Positions 22,660 through 43,072 of a DNA stretch of 64,000 bases are shown here, piece after piece. Source of the DNA: Macrostomum lignano. Lineage: Eukaryota. Every line of letters begins with the position of its first letter. Within the stretch, counting starts at the first letter, position 1. Made by a program: the position numbers and the translations under genes. Under the pieces are notes generated by a model. The model was not told where the DNA came from. It ran no database searches and was given only the letters and a program-made list of their open reading frames with translations. The stretch is taken from contig NIVC01001831.1 in the NCBI GenBank assembly GCA_002269645.1, positions 62,001-126,000 of the forward strand, read 5' to 3'.

Positions 22660-24117
22660 GCTCAGCACTCTTGCATAGCTTACAGACCCTCAGCACTCTT
22701 GCATAGCTTACAGACCCTCAGCACTCTTGCATAGCTTACAGGCCCTCAGCACTCTTGCATAGCTTACAGACCCTCAGCACTCTTGCATAGCTTACAGACC
22801 CTCAGCACTCTTGCATAGCTTACAGACCCTCAGCACTCTTGCATAGCTTACAGACCCTCAGCACTCTTGCATAGCTTACAGACCCTCAGCACTCTTGCAT
22901 AGCTTACAGACCCTCAGCACTCTTGCATAGCTTACAGACCCTCAGCACTCTTGCATAGCTTACAGACCCTCAGCACTCTTGCATAGCTTACAGACCCTCA
23001 GTACTCTTGCATAGCTTACAGACCCTCAGCACTCTTGCATAGCTTACAGACCCTCAGCACTCTTGCATAGCTTACAGGCCCTCAGCACTCTTGCATAGCT
23101 TACAGACCCTCAGCACTCTTGCATAGCTTACAGACCCTCAGCACTCTTGCATAGCTTACAGACCCTCAGCACTCTTGCATAGCTTACAGACCCTCAGCAC
23201 TCTTGCATAGCTTACAGACCCTCAGCACTCTTGCATAGCTTACAGACCCTCAGCACTCTTGCATAGCTTACAGACCCTCAGCACTCTTGCATAGCTTACA
23301 GACCCTCAGCACTCTTGCATAGCTTACAGACCCTCAGCACTCTTGCATAGCTTACAGACCCTCAGCACTCTTGCATAGCTTACAGGCCCTCAGCACTCTT
23401 GCATAGCTTACAGACCCTCAGCACTCTTGCATAGCTTACAGACCCTCAGCACTCTTGCATAGCTTACAGACCCTCAGCACTCTTGCATAGCTTACAGACC
23501 CTCAGCACTCTTGCATAGCTTACAGACCCTCAGCACTCTTGCATAGCTTACAGACCCTCAGCACTCTTGCATAGCTTACAGGCCCTCAGCACTCTTGCAT
23601 AGCTTACAGACCCTCAGTACTCTTGCATAGCTTACAGACCCTCAGTACTCTTGCATAGCTTACAGACCCTCAGCACTCTTGCATAGCTTACAGACCCTCA
23701 GCACTCTTGCATAGCTTACAGACCCTCAGCACTCTTGCATAGCTTACAGACCCTCAGCACTCTTGCATAGCTTACAGACCCTCAGCACTCTTGCATAGCT
23801 TACAGACCCTCAGCACTCTTGCATAGCTTACAGACCCTCAGCACTCTTGCATAGCTTACAGGCCCTCAGCACTCTTGCATAGCTTACAGACCCTCAGCAC
23901 TCTTGCATAGCTTACAGACCCTCAGCACTCTTGCATAGCTTACAGACCCTCAGCACTCTTGCATAGCTTACAGACCCTCAGCACTCTTGCATAGCTTACA
24001 GACCCTCAGCACTCTTGCATAGCTTACAGACCCTCAGCACTCTTGCATAGCTTACAGACCCTCAGCACTCTTGCATAGCTTACAGACCCTCAGGACTCTT
24101 GCATAGCTTACAGACCC
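22660..24117. repeat. 28-bp highly homogeneous minisatellite (CAGCACTCTTGCATAGCTTACAGACCCT)n
   Basis: About 52 near-identical units. Confidence 0.98.
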
Positions 24118-24478
24118 AACTCACTGATCAACTGGCATTTAGGTGTAAAAGTAGCATAATGAACTTATCTAACAAGCAGAAGAATTCTGCTGACACATTC
24201 TAGAAGCGCTAGCTAGAGGAGGGCGCCTTCGATTTCCCCTGGTCTCGCCTCTACCCTGTGCACCGGTCTGAAAACTGCGGCTCCTCTGCCCCCCCCGCAC
24301 AGCTCAGATAAGCTCAGCAGAGCCCGCAGCAGCTCAGGCGCAGGCCCACTGGGTTCGCACGCAGCCCCAGGTGATAAGCTGCGCAAGGCACCCTTTTTCT
24401 GCCCGCAGCTTAGCAGCCCAGCGGCAGAGCCAGTCAGAGCTTCAGATCCGAAAGTGAGCAAGGCGCGCCTCAGCAACC

Positions 24479-25748
24479 ATGACCGACCCCTTTTTGTTGG
24501 ACCAGAGGGAGGTGGAGCTGACCCTGCACCGGCTGGAGGAGGCCGTCTCGGTGTGGAGGACTATGCAGAAGGAGAGGCGGACCGACTTCAGCGACTCGCT
24601 TGAGTACGAGCTGCAGGGGGTCGAGAGTGAGTCCTGACTGGGTCAAAGTGGGTTGAGGGAGGGTAATAGGGATTGGGGCGAGAGTGAGTCATGGGGATTG
24701 GGGCGAGAGTGAGTCATGGGGATTGGGGCGAGAGTGAGTCATGTGGATTGGGGCGAGAGTGAGTCATGGGGATTGGGGCGAGAGTGAGTCATGGGGATTG
24801 GGGCGAGAGTGAGTCATGGGGATTGGGGCGAGAGTGAGTCATTGGGATTGGGGCGAGAGTGAGTCATGGGGATTGGGGCGAGGGTGGGTCATTGGAACTG
24901 GGTGGAGGTTGGGTCATTGGGATTTGGTTGAGGGTGGGTCATTGGGATTGGGTTGAGTGTGGGTCATTGGAACTGGGTGGAGGGTGGGTCATTGGAACTG
25001 GGTGGAGGGTGGGTCATTGGGATTGGGTTGAGGGTTGGTCATTGGGATTGGGTGGAGGGTGGGTCATTGGGATTGGGTGGGGTCAGGTGCTCAAAATCAA
25101 ACGGAATTCCTGGTCACCCCAGGCAGCATCAGGAACGGGATCCGGGACGTGAAGTGGAGCCTGGAGGACCTGGAGGAGACGCTGAAGCTGATGTCGCAGA
25201 ACAACGGCCGCTTCGTGACCTCCGAGGACCTTGCCGCTCGGCGCAAATTCCTGGAGGAGGCTCGAAAGACTCTTGCCGATGTGGAGTTCGAGGTCAGCAG
25301 CCCCTCGCTGGACGCGGTGATCAGCGGGAAGCTGCAGCAACAGCAGGAGGTGGCAGAGGCACCCGCGGACACCAGCTCAGCTGAGCCCGAGCAGGTGTCG
25401 CTGCTCAGGGCCGACTCCGAAGAGCAGGTGGTGTTCAGCAAAACCGAGTTTGCTTCCAGACTGCAGCCGAGCCAGCAGCGAAAGCCGGTGGACACAATGG
25501 TGTCTGTGAACCTGGACACCGTCAGGGACCTCGTGGAGCCGCCAAGAGGCCACCGGGGCTTTGGGGCCGCGGCTCGGTGGCTGTCCCGCTACCGCTGCTG
25601 GCTGCTCCTCCTGCTGCTGGTGGCCTTCTTCCTCTTGCTGGTGCTGATGAAGGCGCTGTCCAGGCGGGCCAGTGTGGATGGCTTGGCCAGCACCGAGTCG
25701 CCAGCGACCACCACCGAGTGCCCGATCGACAGCTTTGACTGCCTGTAG
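24479..25748 (+). CDS. Syntaxin-6 N-terminal (Habc) domain protein with a C-terminal TM and no recognisable SNARE motif (~257 aa)
   Basis: join(24479-24626,25123-25748), phase 1. MTDPF start, IRDVKWSLEDLEETLKLMSQNNGRF..EDLAARRKFL matches STX6 [49 protein letters not shown]. Confidence 0.82.
24665..25080. repeat. G-rich 25-bp minisatellites filling the syntaxin-like intron
   Basis: GAGTGAGTCATGGGGATTGGGGCGA grading into GGGTGGGTCATTGG(AAC/GAT)TGGGT(G/T)GA. Confidence 0.9.
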
Positions 25749-25784
25749 CTGCCTTCCGGCACCGCTGCGCCTGTCGCTCTGTAG

Positions 25785-26336
25785 CCTGGTGGCATCTGGA
25801 GTGACAGCGTGTTGTCTGGAGTGACAGAGCTGATGGTGTCGGAGTGATAGAGTTGGTGGTGTCTGGAGTGACATAGCTGATGGTGTCGGAGTGATAGAGT
25901 TGGTGGTGTCTGGAGTGAAAGAGTTGGTGACAGAGCTGGTGGTGTCTGGAGTGACAGAGCTGGTGGTGTCTGGAGTGACAGAGCTGGTGGTGTCTGGAGT
26001 GACAGAGCTGGTGGTGTCTGGAGTGACAGAGCTGGTGGTGTCTGGAGTGACAGAGCTGGTGGTGTCTGGAGTGACAGAGCTGGTGGTGTCTGGAGTGACA
26101 GAGCTGGTGGTGTCTGGAGTGACAGAGCTGGTGGTGTCTGGAGTGACAGAGCTGGTGGTGTCTGGAGTGACAGAGCTGGTGGTGTCTGGAGTGACAGAGC
26201 TGGTGGTGTCTGGAGTGACAGAGCTGGTGGTGTCTGGAGTGACAGAGCTGGTGGTGTCTGGAGTGACAGAGCTGGTGGTGTCTGGAGTGACAGAGCTGGT
26301 GGTGTCTGGAGTGACAGAGCTGGTGGTGTCTGGAGT
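25785..26336. repeat. 24-bp minisatellite (GAGTGACAGAGCTGGTGGTGTCTG)n
   Basis: About 22 units starting ~40 bp after the syntaxin-like stop codon. Confidence 0.96.
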
Positions 26337-26740
26337 ATTGCATTGGCTGCTGTTAGGAGTGACAGATTCGAGGACATCTTAATTGATGGACTCAAACTTT
26401 TACTCATGAGCAGCAAGCTACAATTTACTCTGAAAGCGCGATTTGAGTCGGCATAATTTCATGCACCTGTGATTTGTAAAGCTTTGCATTTTAACCCCCC
26501 TGCCTACTGCCAACGCTACTCGTAGTCAAGGTAGTTCCGAACTCAACAAGCCCTCCCAATAAAATTTTGCACCTGTCAGCACGTGTCACCTTTGTCTGGG
26601 TCTGACTCACTTCCTTCAAAACTAAACTTCAGCGTCATTTTTAGTTCAAAATCAAAATAAAACTACTATGAGTAGTAGGCATGTAGTGTGATAAAAAAAT
26701 GCTAGTATTGTCGAATTCTTAGGTTGCCATTTACTTTTTC

Positions 26741-27618
26741 TGGCGCCAGAGTTGGCGCAAACCGAGTAGTCAATATGGCGCCAATCGAGTAGTCAATATG
26801 GCGCCAACCGAGTAGTCAATCTGGCGCCAACCGAGTAGTCAACCTGGCGCCAACCGAGTAGTCAATCTGGCGCCAACCGAGTAGTCAACCTGGCGCCAAC
26901 CGAGTAGTCAATCTGGCGCCAACCGAGTAGTCAACCTGGCGCCAACCGAGTAGTCAACCTGGCGCAAACCGAGTAGTCAACCTGGCGCCAACCGAGTAGT
27001 CAATCTGGCGCAAACCGAGTAGTCAACCTGGCGCCAACCGAGTAGTCAACCTAGCGCCAATCGAGTAGTCAATATGGCGCCAATCGAGTAGTCAATATGG
27101 CGCCAATCGAGTAGTCAATATGGCGCCAACCGAGTAGTCAATATGGCGCCAATCGAGTAGTCAATATGGCGCCAATCCAGTAGTCAATATGGCGCCAACC
27201 GAGTAGTCAATATGGTGCCAATTGAGTAGTCAACCTGGCGCCAACCGAGTATTCAACCTGGCGCCAACCGAGTAGTCAACCTGGCACCAGTCTAGTAGTC
27301 AATCTGGCGCCAGTCGAGTAGTCAACCTGGCGCCAACCGAGTAGTCAACCTGGCACCAGTCTAGTAGTCAATCTGGCGCCAGTCGAGTAGTCAACCTGGC
27401 GCCAACCGAGTAGTCAACCTGGCACCAGTCTAGTAGTCAATCTGGCGCCAGTCGAGTAGTCAACCTGGCGCCAACCGAGTAGTCAACCTGGCACCAGTCT
27501 AGTAGTCAATCTGGCGCCAGTCGAGTAGTCAACCTGGCGCCAACCGAGTAGTCAACCTGGCACCAGTCTAGTAGTCAATCTGGCGCCAGTCGAGTAGTCA
27601 ATCTGACGCCAATCGAGT
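26741..27618. repeat. 23-bp minisatellite (CTGGCGCCAACCGAGTAGTCAAC)n with a 3-unit higher-order repeat in the distal part
   Basis: About 38 units; a 69-bp trimer repeats from ~27270. Confidence 0.95.
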
Positions 27619-27750
27619 TAGTGTAGTGAACGCTGGCCGGCTAACCTGAGTCGGGTTCGGCAGCGCTATCAGTGCTTAATTAAAGCTTTGCAAGCAGAGG
27701 GCCTGCGACCCTCAGCTGTGCGTGGAAACCGCTGGAAGGAATGCGACTGG

Positions 27751-27880
27751 CATCGAGTCCTGTGAATACTGATCAGCATTGCTCATCGAGTCCTGTGAAT
27801 ACTGATCAGCATTGCTCATCGAGTCCTGTGAATACTGATCAGCATTGCTCATCGAGTCCTGTGAATACTGATCAGCATTG
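27751..27880. repeat. 33-bp repeat x~4 (CATCGAGTCCTGTGAATACTGATCAGCATTGCT)
   Basis: Directly visible; units are contiguous with no spacers, so not CRISPR. Confidence 0.9.
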
Positions 27881-28389
27881 GTAAATTAACTCACGGCTAT
27901 AAATAGTACCGAACAGGTGCAGGCAAATTCAGATAGCATATTTTTGTAAAGAGCAGCCCGATCGAACTCCATAATTCAAGCTCGCAGGCAAAGATAAGTT
28001 GAGTCAACATGAGCAGCCCGGTCCCTGAGAGGTGAGCAGTTAGAGTTCTGCTTAAACAGCAGTTTGGAATTCACCCAGCAAGCAAGCGATTAGAATTCAT
28101 TTTAGCTACTGCTGAGGCTCTTAACTGAGAAATTCATTCCCACTGCTCAGCTCTGCTAAAGGCTATGCGCGACTAAAAACTAGTCTCAGTTAAAACAAAT
28201 TATGCTTTTTAATGAAACAGAATTTTTAGTTGGACTGCAGCAGCAGAGTTGACGCTACCTCATGACAGCTGGATGCGACAGATGACTTATTGAGTTGCGA
28301 GAAGCGTTGTGAGAGACGCGCAAGCTGCCATGCAGGGAGCAACTATTGCTGTCAGATGGTCAGAGCACTGCTCACCTGCTTGTCTGCCT

Positions 28390-28626
28390 TAGCAGCTCAC
28401 ATCTCACAGCTCACATTTCACAGCTCACATCTCACAGCTCACATCTCACAGCTCACATTTCACAGCTCACATTTCACAGCTCACATCTCACAGATCACAT
28501 CTCACAGCTCACATCTCACAGCTCACATCTCACAGCTCACATCTCACAGCTCATAGCTCACAGCTCACATCTCACAGCTCACATCTCACAGCTCACATAT
28601 CACAGCTCACATCTCACAGCTCATAG
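28390..28626. repeat. 14-bp minisatellite (CACAGCTCACATCT)n
   Basis: Directly visible. Confidence 0.93.
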
Positions 28627-29162
28627 CCCAAAGTTTACAGCTGGCAGCCAGCTGCCTACCAGGGGATTATTGATCACATGAAGGGCAGCCATTCGTGATT
28701 TCGCCTGTTCATCAGCCACCCGCAGCCCAGTTGATTGCGGAGTTCCGGGCGCCCCGGACACGCCGGAAAGTGAGTTGACGGCGGAAGACATCAGAAAATG
28801 CAGTTTATGCAGCAGATCCGCTCGCATCCGGTGCGTCCTCAAGCTGTGCATCCGGGATCCCTGCCTCACTTCAGCGCTGCTCCCTTCCAGACCGCTCATG
28901 GTTGGCTGCTGGGCTTCCCCACTGACTTTTGCTGCTTCAATTGGATGCTGAACTCTCCATCCATGCTTTATTTGGCTGCTCATGGCTTACTCTGGTTTAC
29001 TGCGATTCTCCTCCGCGATTCTCCTCTGTGATTCTCCTCCGCGATTCTCCTCCGCGATTCTCCTCCGCGATTCTCCTCCGCAGCTGAGCCGGTAGGCATC
29101 GGAAGAACTCAATTGTGAGTGCTGTGTGCTGCGCACGGACTGCGGCTTGACTGCTGCCTCCC

Positions 29163-30485
29163 TTCTCTCCATGTCTACCATCTGTCTCACCTCTCTCCAT
29201 CTCTACCATCTGTCCCACCTCTCTCCATCTCTACCATCTGTCCCACCTCTCTCCATCTCTACCATCTGTCCCACCTCTCTCCATGTCTACCATCTGTCCC
29301 ACCTCTCTCCATCTCTACCATCTGTTCCACCTCTCTCCATCTCTACCATCTGTCCCACCTCTCTCCATGTCTACCATCTGTCTCACCTCTCTCCATGTCT
29401 ACCATCTGTCCCACCTCTCTCCATCTCTACCATCTGTCCCACCTCTCTCCATCTCTACCATCTGTCCCACCTCTCTCCATCTCTACCATCTGTCCCACCT
29501 CTCTCCATGTCTACCATCTGTCCCACCTCTCTCCATCTCTACCATCTGTCCCACCTCTCTCCATCTCTACCATCTGTCCCACCTCTCTCCATCTCTACCA
29601 TCTGTCCCACCTCTCTCCATGTCTACCATCTGTCCCACCTCTCTCCATCTCTACCATCTGCCTCCCCTCTCTCCATCTCTACCATCTGTCCCACCTCTCT
29701 CCATCTCTACCATCTGTCCCACCTCTCTCCATCTCTACCATCTGTCCCACCTCTCTCCATCTCTACCATCTGTCCCACCTCTCTCCATCTCTACCATCTG
29801 TCCCACCTCTCTCCATGTCTACCATCTGTCTCACCTCTCTCCATGTCTACCATCTGTCCCACCTCTCTCCATCTCTACCATCTGTCCCACCTCTCTCCAT
29901 CTCTACCATCTGTCCCACCTCTCTCCATCTCTACCATCTGTCCCACCTCTCTCCATCTCTACCATCTGTCCCACCTCTCTCCATCTCTACCATCTGTCCC
30001 ACCTCTCTCCATCTCTACCATCTGTCCCACCTCTCTCCATCTCTACCATCTGTCCCACCTCTCTCCATCTCTACCATCTGCCTCCCCTCTCTCCATCTCT
30101 ACCATCTGTCCCACCTCTCTCCATGTCTACCATCTGTCCCACCTCTCTCCATCTCTACCATCTGTCCCACCTCTCTCCATGTCTACCATCTGTCCCACCT
30201 CTCTCCATCTCTACCATCTGTCCCACCTCTCTCCATCTCTACCATCTGTCCCACCTCTCTCCATCTCTACCATCTGTCCCACCTCTCTCCATCTCTACCA
30301 TCTGTCCCACCTCTCTCCATGTCTACCATCTGTCCCACCTCTCTCCATCTCTACCATCTGTCCCACCTCTCTCCATCTCTACCATCTGTCCCACCTCTCT
30401 CCATCTCTACCATCTGTCCCACCTCTCTCCATCTCTACCATCTGTCTCACCTCTCTCCATGTCTACCATCTGTCCCACCTCTCTC
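29163..30485. repeat. 28-bp pyrimidine-rich minisatellite (CTCTCTCCATCTCTACCATCTGTCCCAC)n
   Basis: About 47 units. Confidence 0.97.
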
Positions 30486-30724
30486 AATCTCTCCCTCTCC
30501 CCTATCTCTCCCCACTCTCCTCCTATCTCTCTCAGATCTCCTCTATCTCCCCCCCTGTATCTCATCGACCTCTTCCTCCCCCTCCATCTCCCTTCATCTC
30601 TTTCTCTCCTTCTCTCCCCATCTCTCCCTGTGGGTGAGCTCTGTGGGCAGTGAATTGCGGAACGTCATCAAAGATTTTCCCTAAAGAAGCAGCCACCGAA
30701 TTCGCCCGCAGACCCGATTCCGCC

Positions 30725-38793
<8,069 letters not shown>

Positions 38794-38904
38794 GCGGCAC
38801 GTCTTGCGCGTTGGCAGTTTGATAGAACTTTTGATCGCTGATTTTACTTTTCCCTGAGGAGGGAGGCGAAGCGGTCCATATGGCTGATTCCTTGGTGTGA
38901 TAAG

Positions 38905-40495
38905 TGTGTCTAGTGTCGAGTGAGATATTCCCCTAGTGTCGAGTGAGACATTCCCCCAGTTTCGAGTGAGATATTCCTTCAGTGTCAAGTGAGATACTCC
39001 TTCAGTGTCAAGTGATATATTCCTTCAGTGTCGAGTGAGATATTCCCCTAGTGTCGAGTGAGACATTCCCCCAGTTTCGAGTGAGATATTCCTTCAGTGT
39101 CAAGTGAGATATTCCTTCAGTGTCAAGTGATATATTCCTTCAGTGTCGAGTGAGATATTCCCCTAGTGCCGGGTGAGATATTCCTTCAGTGTCAAGTGAT
39201 ATATTCCTTCAGTGTCGAGTGAGATATTCCTTCAGTGTCGAGTGAGATATTCCTTCAGTGTCGAGTGACATATTCCCCAGTGTCGAGTGAGATATTCCCC
39301 AGTGTCGAGAGAGATATTCCCCAGTGTCGAGAGAGGGAGATATTCCCCTAGTGTCGAGTGAGACATTGTCGTTTGACCACAGCGTGCAGGAATGATTTTT
39401 TTCGATTTATTATCGTGCAGGAATGTCTGTGTCTATGGTAGAAATCACTTGACATACGTTAGCTTATCGTGCAGGACCCATTTGGCAATTTCTTCCACCG
39501 AAGCAGTCGCGTAATCCACTTTTAAATTATTCTCCGCCAACCAGGCCGTCAAGCGGTTGATCACAGCTTTCTCCTTAGAGACAGTCGAATGACATTCGTT
39601 GTCGCGTTCCAGTTGAGCGGCCAGACTTTCCAATTCGTCAAGGTTACACAAGGTTTCCGGATCCGAGCTGAAAAGTTTCTCTAATTCCTCGCTGAACGTG
39701 CAATCCGCTATCAATGCAGTCAAATCGTCGCCCGTCCTCTCAAAGTTGCTGGACACACTTTCAATAAACATTTCGTCGCCACTTAATCCAGACACCGTAG
39801 CGTAGCGAAAATCAATTAATGGAGGATTCAGAGCCGAGTCGATTACAGACGCCATAGTCAATAAGCTTTATACACTTTTCTATAAACTCTCCACTCAATT
39901 TTCATCTCTTCTTAACGTTTCTCGAAAACCGTGCAGGAATGACTTTGTCTATGGTCAAAAGACAATGATTTTCCTACACGCAAACGAGTGCGTCAATGGC
40001 AAAAAATGACTCGTTTTCGTGCAGGAATATTACATTCCCCCAGTTTCGAGTGAGATATTCCTTCAGTGTCAAGTGATATATTCCTTCAGTGTCGAGTGAG
40101 ATATTCCTTCAGTGTCGAGTGAGATATTCCTTCAGTGTCGAGTGAGATATTCCCCTAGTGCCGGGTGAGATATTCCCCAGTGTCGAGTGAGATATTCCCC
40201 AGTGTCGAGAGAGGGAGATATTCCCCTAGTGTCGAGTGAGACATTCCCCCAGTGTCGAGTGAGATATTCCCCAGTGTCGAGAGAGGGAGATATTCCCCTA
40301 GTGTCGAGTGAGACATTCCCCCAGTTTCGAGTGAGATATTCCTTCAGTGTCAAGTGATATATTCCTTCAGTGTCGAGTGAGATATTCCGCTTGTGTCGAG
40401 TGAGATATCCTTCAGTGTCGAGTGAGATATTCCTTCAGTGTCGAGTGAGATATTCCTTCAGTGTCGAGTGAGATATTCCTTCAGTGTCGAGTAAG
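38905..40495. repeat. 23/24-bp minisatellite (AGTGTCGAGTGAGATATTCCTTC)n interrupted by an insertion at 39368-40031
   Basis: The same unit family lies on both sides of the insert. Confidence 0.94.
39368..40031 (-). mobile_element. 664-bp insertion carrying a truncated Crypton-like (tyrosine recombinase N-terminal/core-binding-like) ORF at 39445-39861
   Basis: Flanked by an ACATT direct repeat (39363-39367, 40032-40036) that restores the host unit GAGACATTCCCCC; acidic leader then ERDNECHSTVSKEKAVINRLTAWLAENN..ASVEEIAKWV, resembling the Crypton N..T...T.WAV..F..W....EL motif (pattern recognition). Confidence 0.6.
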
Positions 40496-40909
40496 AAATA
40501 CCCCGCGTCTAAGTTTTCCATTCCGCAGATAGGAAATTCGTCGATCGTCGTCAGGAATGGGAGCCCACATTATTACTCGTTTGTAAGAACAATCCAACAA
40601 GTGACTTGCAGATCCAGAGCTTCTACCAATTGAGACATTCACCATATGATGCAAGCTGCATGACTGCTAAGTCTCGTACAGCGAGAGTCCAGAGAGTTGT
40701 TGCCTAAATTGTTAAATATTTCTATGAAAGAATCAATAAAACAGACTGGATAGCGGTGGATGCCCACTTTGAATGAGTCAGCAGATGCAGTAGTCTACTG
40801 GGACATTTCACACGAAATTCACTAAAAATCTATGAAAAATTTTAATTGTTATGATGAGACGGCTTCAGATATTTTAAACAGCGGAATTTTGAGATTGAGT
40901 TGACGTGCA

Positions 40910-41240
40910 GTGGATACTGTATGCCAGCCAATTGGCTAAACTGCCGCTGCTGTATTGCAGTGTGGATACTCTATGCCAGTCAATTGGCTAAACTGCCGCT
41001 GCTGTATTGCAGTGTGGATACTCTATGCCAGTCAATTGGCTAAACTGCCGCTGCTGTATTGCAGTGTGGATACTCTATGCCAGTCAATTGGCTGAACTGC
41101 CGCTGTTGCACTGCAGTGTGGATACTCTATGCCAGTCAATTGGCTGAACTGCCGCTGTTGCACTGCAGTGTGGATACTCTATGCCAGTCAGTTGACTGAA
41201 CTGCCGCTGTTGCACTGCAGTGTGGATACTCTATGCCAGG
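40910..41240. repeat. 52-bp tandem repeat x~6
   Basis: GTGGATACTCTATGCCAGTCAATTGGCTAAACTGCCGCTGCTGTATTGCAGT. Confidence 0.94.
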
Positions 41241-41734
41241 CAATGAAATACCTTTAAAAGAGGAAACCTTTAAAAAACCAGTGCACGCAGGTTCACACAG
41301 ATTTACCTGTACCCCAAATGAAAAGATTTTTGGAGCACTGTTTCGCGACTCTTACGATTCTGCTCACGTGACGCGCTGGTGACGCAAAAGTCACCTCTCC
41401 GTCGCATTAGATGCGTTTGAGTCGTTAAAAAGTTACAAGAGTCGCCCGGAGTCGCTACAGCCACTAGCGAGTTGTTTGCAAAGAAGTTTTAGCGATTCTT
41501 GTCACGGTATCCTTTTCAAAGGGTACCGCATGCACGAACGGCCATATGAATTCCTTCTGTAGCTATGAATTGAAGAACAGACTAATTTTGCAAGCATTGC
41601 TAGCGACCTTATTCGAAACTGAGAGTTTAACAGGGCAAAGTCTTGATCAGATAAGAGACTGGTGCTCGTATTTTCAATCTTTAGTCAATTAAAGACTGTC
41701 TTGAGTCGACAGGAACGGCAGGGGTTCATGTACA

Positions 41735-42190
41735 TTTCGACGCTCGACACAGAGGTTCATGAGCCACGGACAGACTGTGTCCAGTCCGACGCTCGACACA
41801 GAGGTTCATGAGTCAGGGACAGACAGTGTCCAGTCCGACGCTCGACACAGAGGTTCATGAGCCAGGGACAGACCGTGTCCAGTCCGACGCTCGACACAGA
41901 GGTTCATGAGCCAGGGACAGACAGTGTCCAATCCGACGCTCGACACAGAGGTTCATGAGCCAGGGACAGACCGTGTCCAGTCCGACGCTCGACAGAGATG
42001 GGTTCATGAGCCAGGGACAGGCCGTGTCCAGTCCGACGCTCGACACAGAGGTTCATGAGCCAGGGACAGACAGTGTCCAGTCCGACGCTCGACACAGAGG
42101 TTCATGAGCCAGGGACAGACCATGTACAGTCCGACGCTCGACACAGAGGTTCATGAGCCAGGGACAGAGCCGTTTCCAGTCCGATGCTCA
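41735..42190. repeat. 49-bp tandem repeat x~9 (further copy at ~42906-42970)
   Basis: CCGACGCTCGACACAGAGGTTCATGAGCCAGGGACAGACAGTGTCCAGT. Confidence 0.94.
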
Positions 42191-42226
42191 CCCGTCACCC
42201 ACAAAAGTCCATGCACAAGATGGGAC

Positions 42227-42905
42227 CAAGGACGACTTAAGTAGAAGGACGGGAAACCTCGTTTCTTGGAAAAATTTTGAAGGCAGGCTTTTCCGAAAAA
42301 ATACGGAGACAGGAAGTTATCATTTTTTTAGCACAAAAACTGTTATTGCTTTTGATTGGAGGCAGATCCAGTGTTCATCTTTTGATATGTTGTGCCTTTC
42401 TTATTGCTCTATCGATATTCATAAAGCTTTTCGTTCAAGAATTTGGATTATATGTTAATTTTTTTATTCTACGTACATTTGCACGTATCTTGTGCCTAAA
42501 AACCATTAAAATGGCACGGCCCAGCTCTTTGCTTTTAAAAAATATATTTTATCATTCTTTAGCTGACTGTGTAACAAATATTTGCAACAGAGATGATAAA
42601 ATAGATTCATAAAACCAAAGATTGGAGCTGTGCCATGCATTTTTATCATTGTTAGGTACAGGAAATGTAGGTAAAATAAAAAATTAACACGAATCCTAAT
42701 TTTCTAAACGAAAAGCTCTATGAATATCGATAGGGCAATAAGAAAGGCACAACATATCAAGAGATGAACACTGGATCTGCCTCCTATCAAAAACAATAAC
42801 AATTTTTCTGCTTCCTATCTCCGTAGTGTATTTTTTCAAAGAAGCCTGCCTTCAAAAATTTTCCAAGAAACGAGGTTTCCCGTCCTTCTACTTTAGTCGT
42901 CCTTG
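42227..42905. mobile_element. 679-bp foldback/MITE-like element, almost entirely an imperfect palindrome; possible 3-bp TSD GAC
   Basis: Left arm CAAGGACGACTTAAGTAGAAGGACGGGAAACCTCGTTTCTTGGAAAA.. is the reverse complement of the right arm ..TTCCAAGAAACGAGGTTTCCCGTCCTTCTACTTTAGTCGTCCTTG; pairing persists to ~42555/42593. Confidence 0.85.
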
Positions 42906-43072
42906 GACAGACAGTGTCCAGTCCGACGCTCGAAACAGAGGTTCGTGAGTCAGGGACAGACCGTGTCCAGTCCCATGCTCACCCAAAAAGTCCATGCACA
43001 AGATAGGGCATGCCTCACGCTTGCATGGTAAACTTTTATTCAAGCAAAGCTGGCTGCTTCTTGACCTTGAAA

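Noticed and set aside
28720-29110. Small AG...GT-bounded segments that could be upstream K2P exons
   Set aside because: No coding homology and no way to test without transcripts; they could be UTR exons or chance.
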